From Gemmata obscuriglobus (GTDB lineage: Bacteria > Planctomycetota > Planctomycetia > Gemmatales > Gemmataceae): a stretch of DNA of 32,000 nt. A program made the position numbers and the translations under genes. The notes below the pieces were generated by a model that worked only from the letters and a program-made list of their open reading frames with translations, did no database searches and was not told the DNA's origin. This document shows, in pieces, positions 30,692 through 32,000 of this stretch. The number at the start of each line of letters is the position of its first letter. Positions within the stretch are counted from its first letter, which is position 1. Where the stretch lies: the NCBI RefSeq assembly GCF_008065095.1, contig NZ_CP042911.1, positions 150,001 through 182,000 of the forward strand, written 5' to 3'.

Positions 30692-31480
30692 ATGAGCACG
30701 CCCTCACCCCCGTCGTGTTCGTGCATTAAGTGCGGCGTGAGTGTGCTCGTGGGCCTGTTCGCGGTGTGGCAGCTCGTGGCGATTCCGGCCACGAACCTGA
30801 TGCTGCTCGTGCCGCTCCGCCCGTCAGGGAGACCGCCCGAACCAAGCGCGAACACGCTCCAGGCGCGGGGGACGTTCACCGACAGTGAGCCGCTCCAGCG
30901 GACCGCCGAAGCCGTCGGTCGCGTGCTCGAGTTCTGGACCGAGGCTAGCGGGCAGGAGCAAGGGTGGTCGCTGTTCACCCCGGGGCCGCCGCCGTATTCG
31001 GTGTTCGTCGCGACCGAATTCCAGTGGGCTGACGGTTCCCGGGACACCCTCCTTTCGCGCTACGAGCCGCGCGACCTGACGCGCCCGCCGCTCCGGGCGC
31101 CGCTGATCCACTACCGGGACCACCACTTCGAGACGCAGTTCGTGTACCCGGTGTGGTACGCGAGCGCGGAGGCGATCGCGGAGCACCCGCAGGTGTGGAC
31201 CACCCTGCCGGACGAGATCCGCGCGAGCGGGGCCGAGATCCGGGCGTGGCTCCGGGGGCGGCTGAGCGTGTACTCGGCCGCGAACCCGCACCGCACGCGC
31301 CCGACCACGGTCGTGTTGAAGCACCGCTACATCTCGACCCCCGATCCCAAGGAGCCGGCCGATGTGCCGCGCACGATCGAGGAGCGGCCGTACGCCCGGT
31401 GGCACCCGGATACCAACGAGCTGGAAGCGTTCGACGTGGTCGCGAAGCGGTTCGTCGCGGTGCGGGAGGGCAACCCTTGA
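30692..31480 (+). CDS. Hypothetical membrane-anchored protein, putative partner of the downstream HTTM protein
   Basis: There is one N-terminal TM (VSVLVGLFAVWQLVAIPATNLMLLV) and then a soluble domain containing QEQGWSLFTPGPPP. GC3 is high. The stop TGA (31478-31480) overlaps the candidate TTG start (31477) of the next ORF. Confidence 0.7.
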   Translation: MSTPSPPSCSCIKCGVSVLVGLFAVWQLVAIPATNLMLLVPLRPSGRPPEPSANTLQARGTFTDSEPLQRTAEAVGRVLEFWTEASGQEQGWSLFTPGPPPYSVFVATEFQWADGSRDTLLSRYEPRDLTRPPLRAPLIHYRDHHFETQFVYPVWYASAEAIAEHPQVWTTLPDEIRASGAEIRAWLRGRLSVYSAANPHRTRPTTVVLKHRYISTPDPKEPADVPRTIEERPYARWHPDTNELEAFDVVAKRFVAVREGNP

Positions 31481-32000
31481 GTGACCTGCGAGCGGTGGGC
31501 GTGCGGCCGTGGTTCCCCTGGCCGCTGTCGCGGTGGAACTGGTGGAACGAGCAAATCCCCGCGGAGCGGGTCGCGGCCCTGCGCGTCGCCACCGCGCTCG
31601 TGCTTCTGATCGACATCGGACTCGGGTACGCCCCGCACTTCACGAAGTTCTTTTCGCCCGACGCCGTGGGGGACCACCTGTACGAGAGCCGGTTCGGCGC
31701 CGATCACGCGTACTGGTCCGCGCTGCGCTGGCTACCCAAGGCGTGGGGCGCGCAAGCCCTGTTCGCGGTGTGGGTCGCTTCGGCGGTGGCCCTTCTTGTG
31801 GGCTGGCGACCGCTGCTGAGCGGGCTGGTGGCGTGGGCGTGCGCGGTTTCCGTGTGGAACTTCAACCCCGGGCTGCACAACGGCGGTGACCGGCTTCGGC
31901 ACACCTTGTTCCTGATGACCGCCGTGAGTTGTTCGGGTGCGGTGTGGGGCGTGGCGTCGCTCCGCAATCGCACCGACCCGCGCCCGATCGTGGTTCCCGG
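31477..32000 (+). CDS. HTTM-domain (vitamin K-dependent gamma-carboxylase-like) integral membrane protein, 5' partial at window edge
   Basis: This frame is open from 31477 to the window end with high GC3. It is absent from the track because no stop is reached. The translation ...WNEQIPAERVAALRVATALVLLIDIGLGY...WSALRWLP...ALFAVWVASAVALLVGWRP...VWNFNPGLHNGGDRLRHTLFLMTAV resembles the HTTM N-terminus (xxSLAxFRxxFGxLxxxDI ... NHxYL). Alternative GTG starts lie at 31495 and 31501. Confidence 0.6.
   Translation, partial: MSDLRAVGVRPWFPWPLSRWNWWNEQIPAERVAALRVATALVLLIDIGLGYAPHFTKFFSPDAVGDHLYESRFGADHAYWSALRWLPKAWGAQALFAVWVASAVALLVGWRPLLSGLVAWACAVSVWNFNPGLHNGGDRLRHTLFLMTAVSCSGAVWGVASLRNRTDPRPIVVP

Noticed and set aside
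1-32000. Search by eye for tRNA, rRNA, tmRNA, RNase P and SRP RNA genes, and for transposase or integrase genes
   Set aside because: I found no T-loop or acceptor-stem contexts, no rRNA-like conserved blocks, and no DDE or tyrosine-recombinase motifs in any frame. This is a negative result from visual inspection only and needs tRNAscan, Infernal and ISfinder-type searches to confirm.

Overview
GC-rich segment with strong GC3 bias. It looks like a planctomycetal (Gemmataceae-like) chromosome. That placement is inference from a YTV-like Cys-rich repeat protein, a PmoA-like/DUF6807-type gene, a Tat-signal Gfo/Idh/MocA oxidoreductase, and many signal-peptide orphan proteins with Pro-rich linkers. 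I can support about 27 CDSs. Confident calls are a higBA toxin-antitoxin pair with twin operator-like palindromes, carA, rsgA, an L-lactate permease, an ISC-type 2Fe-2S ferredoxin, a YgfZ-type folate-binding protein, an acyltransferase-3 protein, an NPP/alkaline-phosphatase-family enzyme, two CX5R dual-specificity phosphatases and a xylose-isomerase-like TIM-barrel protein. The remaining CDSs are envelope or secreted proteins of unclear function. I saw no rRNA, tRNA or CRISPR array by eye, but I cannot run covariance models. The track also contains many long ORFs that are antisense or off-frame shadows typical of high-GC DNA, and I rejected these. The candidates most worth follow-up are these. 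(1) A co-directional block at 2177-7829: a vWA / multi-TM / FHA-like / zinc-ribbon transmembrane protein, a GGQ release-factor-like hydrolase with a non-ArfB helical C-terminal domain, a dual-specificity phosphatase, and an NPP-type phosphatase. (2) A translationally coupled pair at the right edge, 30692-32000: an unknown membrane-anchored protein plus an HTTM / vitamin-K-carboxylase-like membrane protein. This resembles the SdpA/SdpB peptide-maturation logic, and any substrate gene would lie beyond the window. (3) A PmoA-like gene translationally coupled to a membrane-anchored CX5R phosphatase. (4) A divergent secreted pair: an HExxH metalloprotease fused to a CxxC-less thioredoxin-like fold, and a 659-aa orphan protein. 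Next to it is an alpha/beta-hydrolase-like protein with no visible nucleophile serine. (5) A 645-bp convergent intergenic region carrying a terminator, a perfect 53-nt palindrome and a roughly 200-bp MITE-like nested inverted-repeat element. All functional linkages are inference. Gene-neighbourhood conservation and profile or structure searches are needed.
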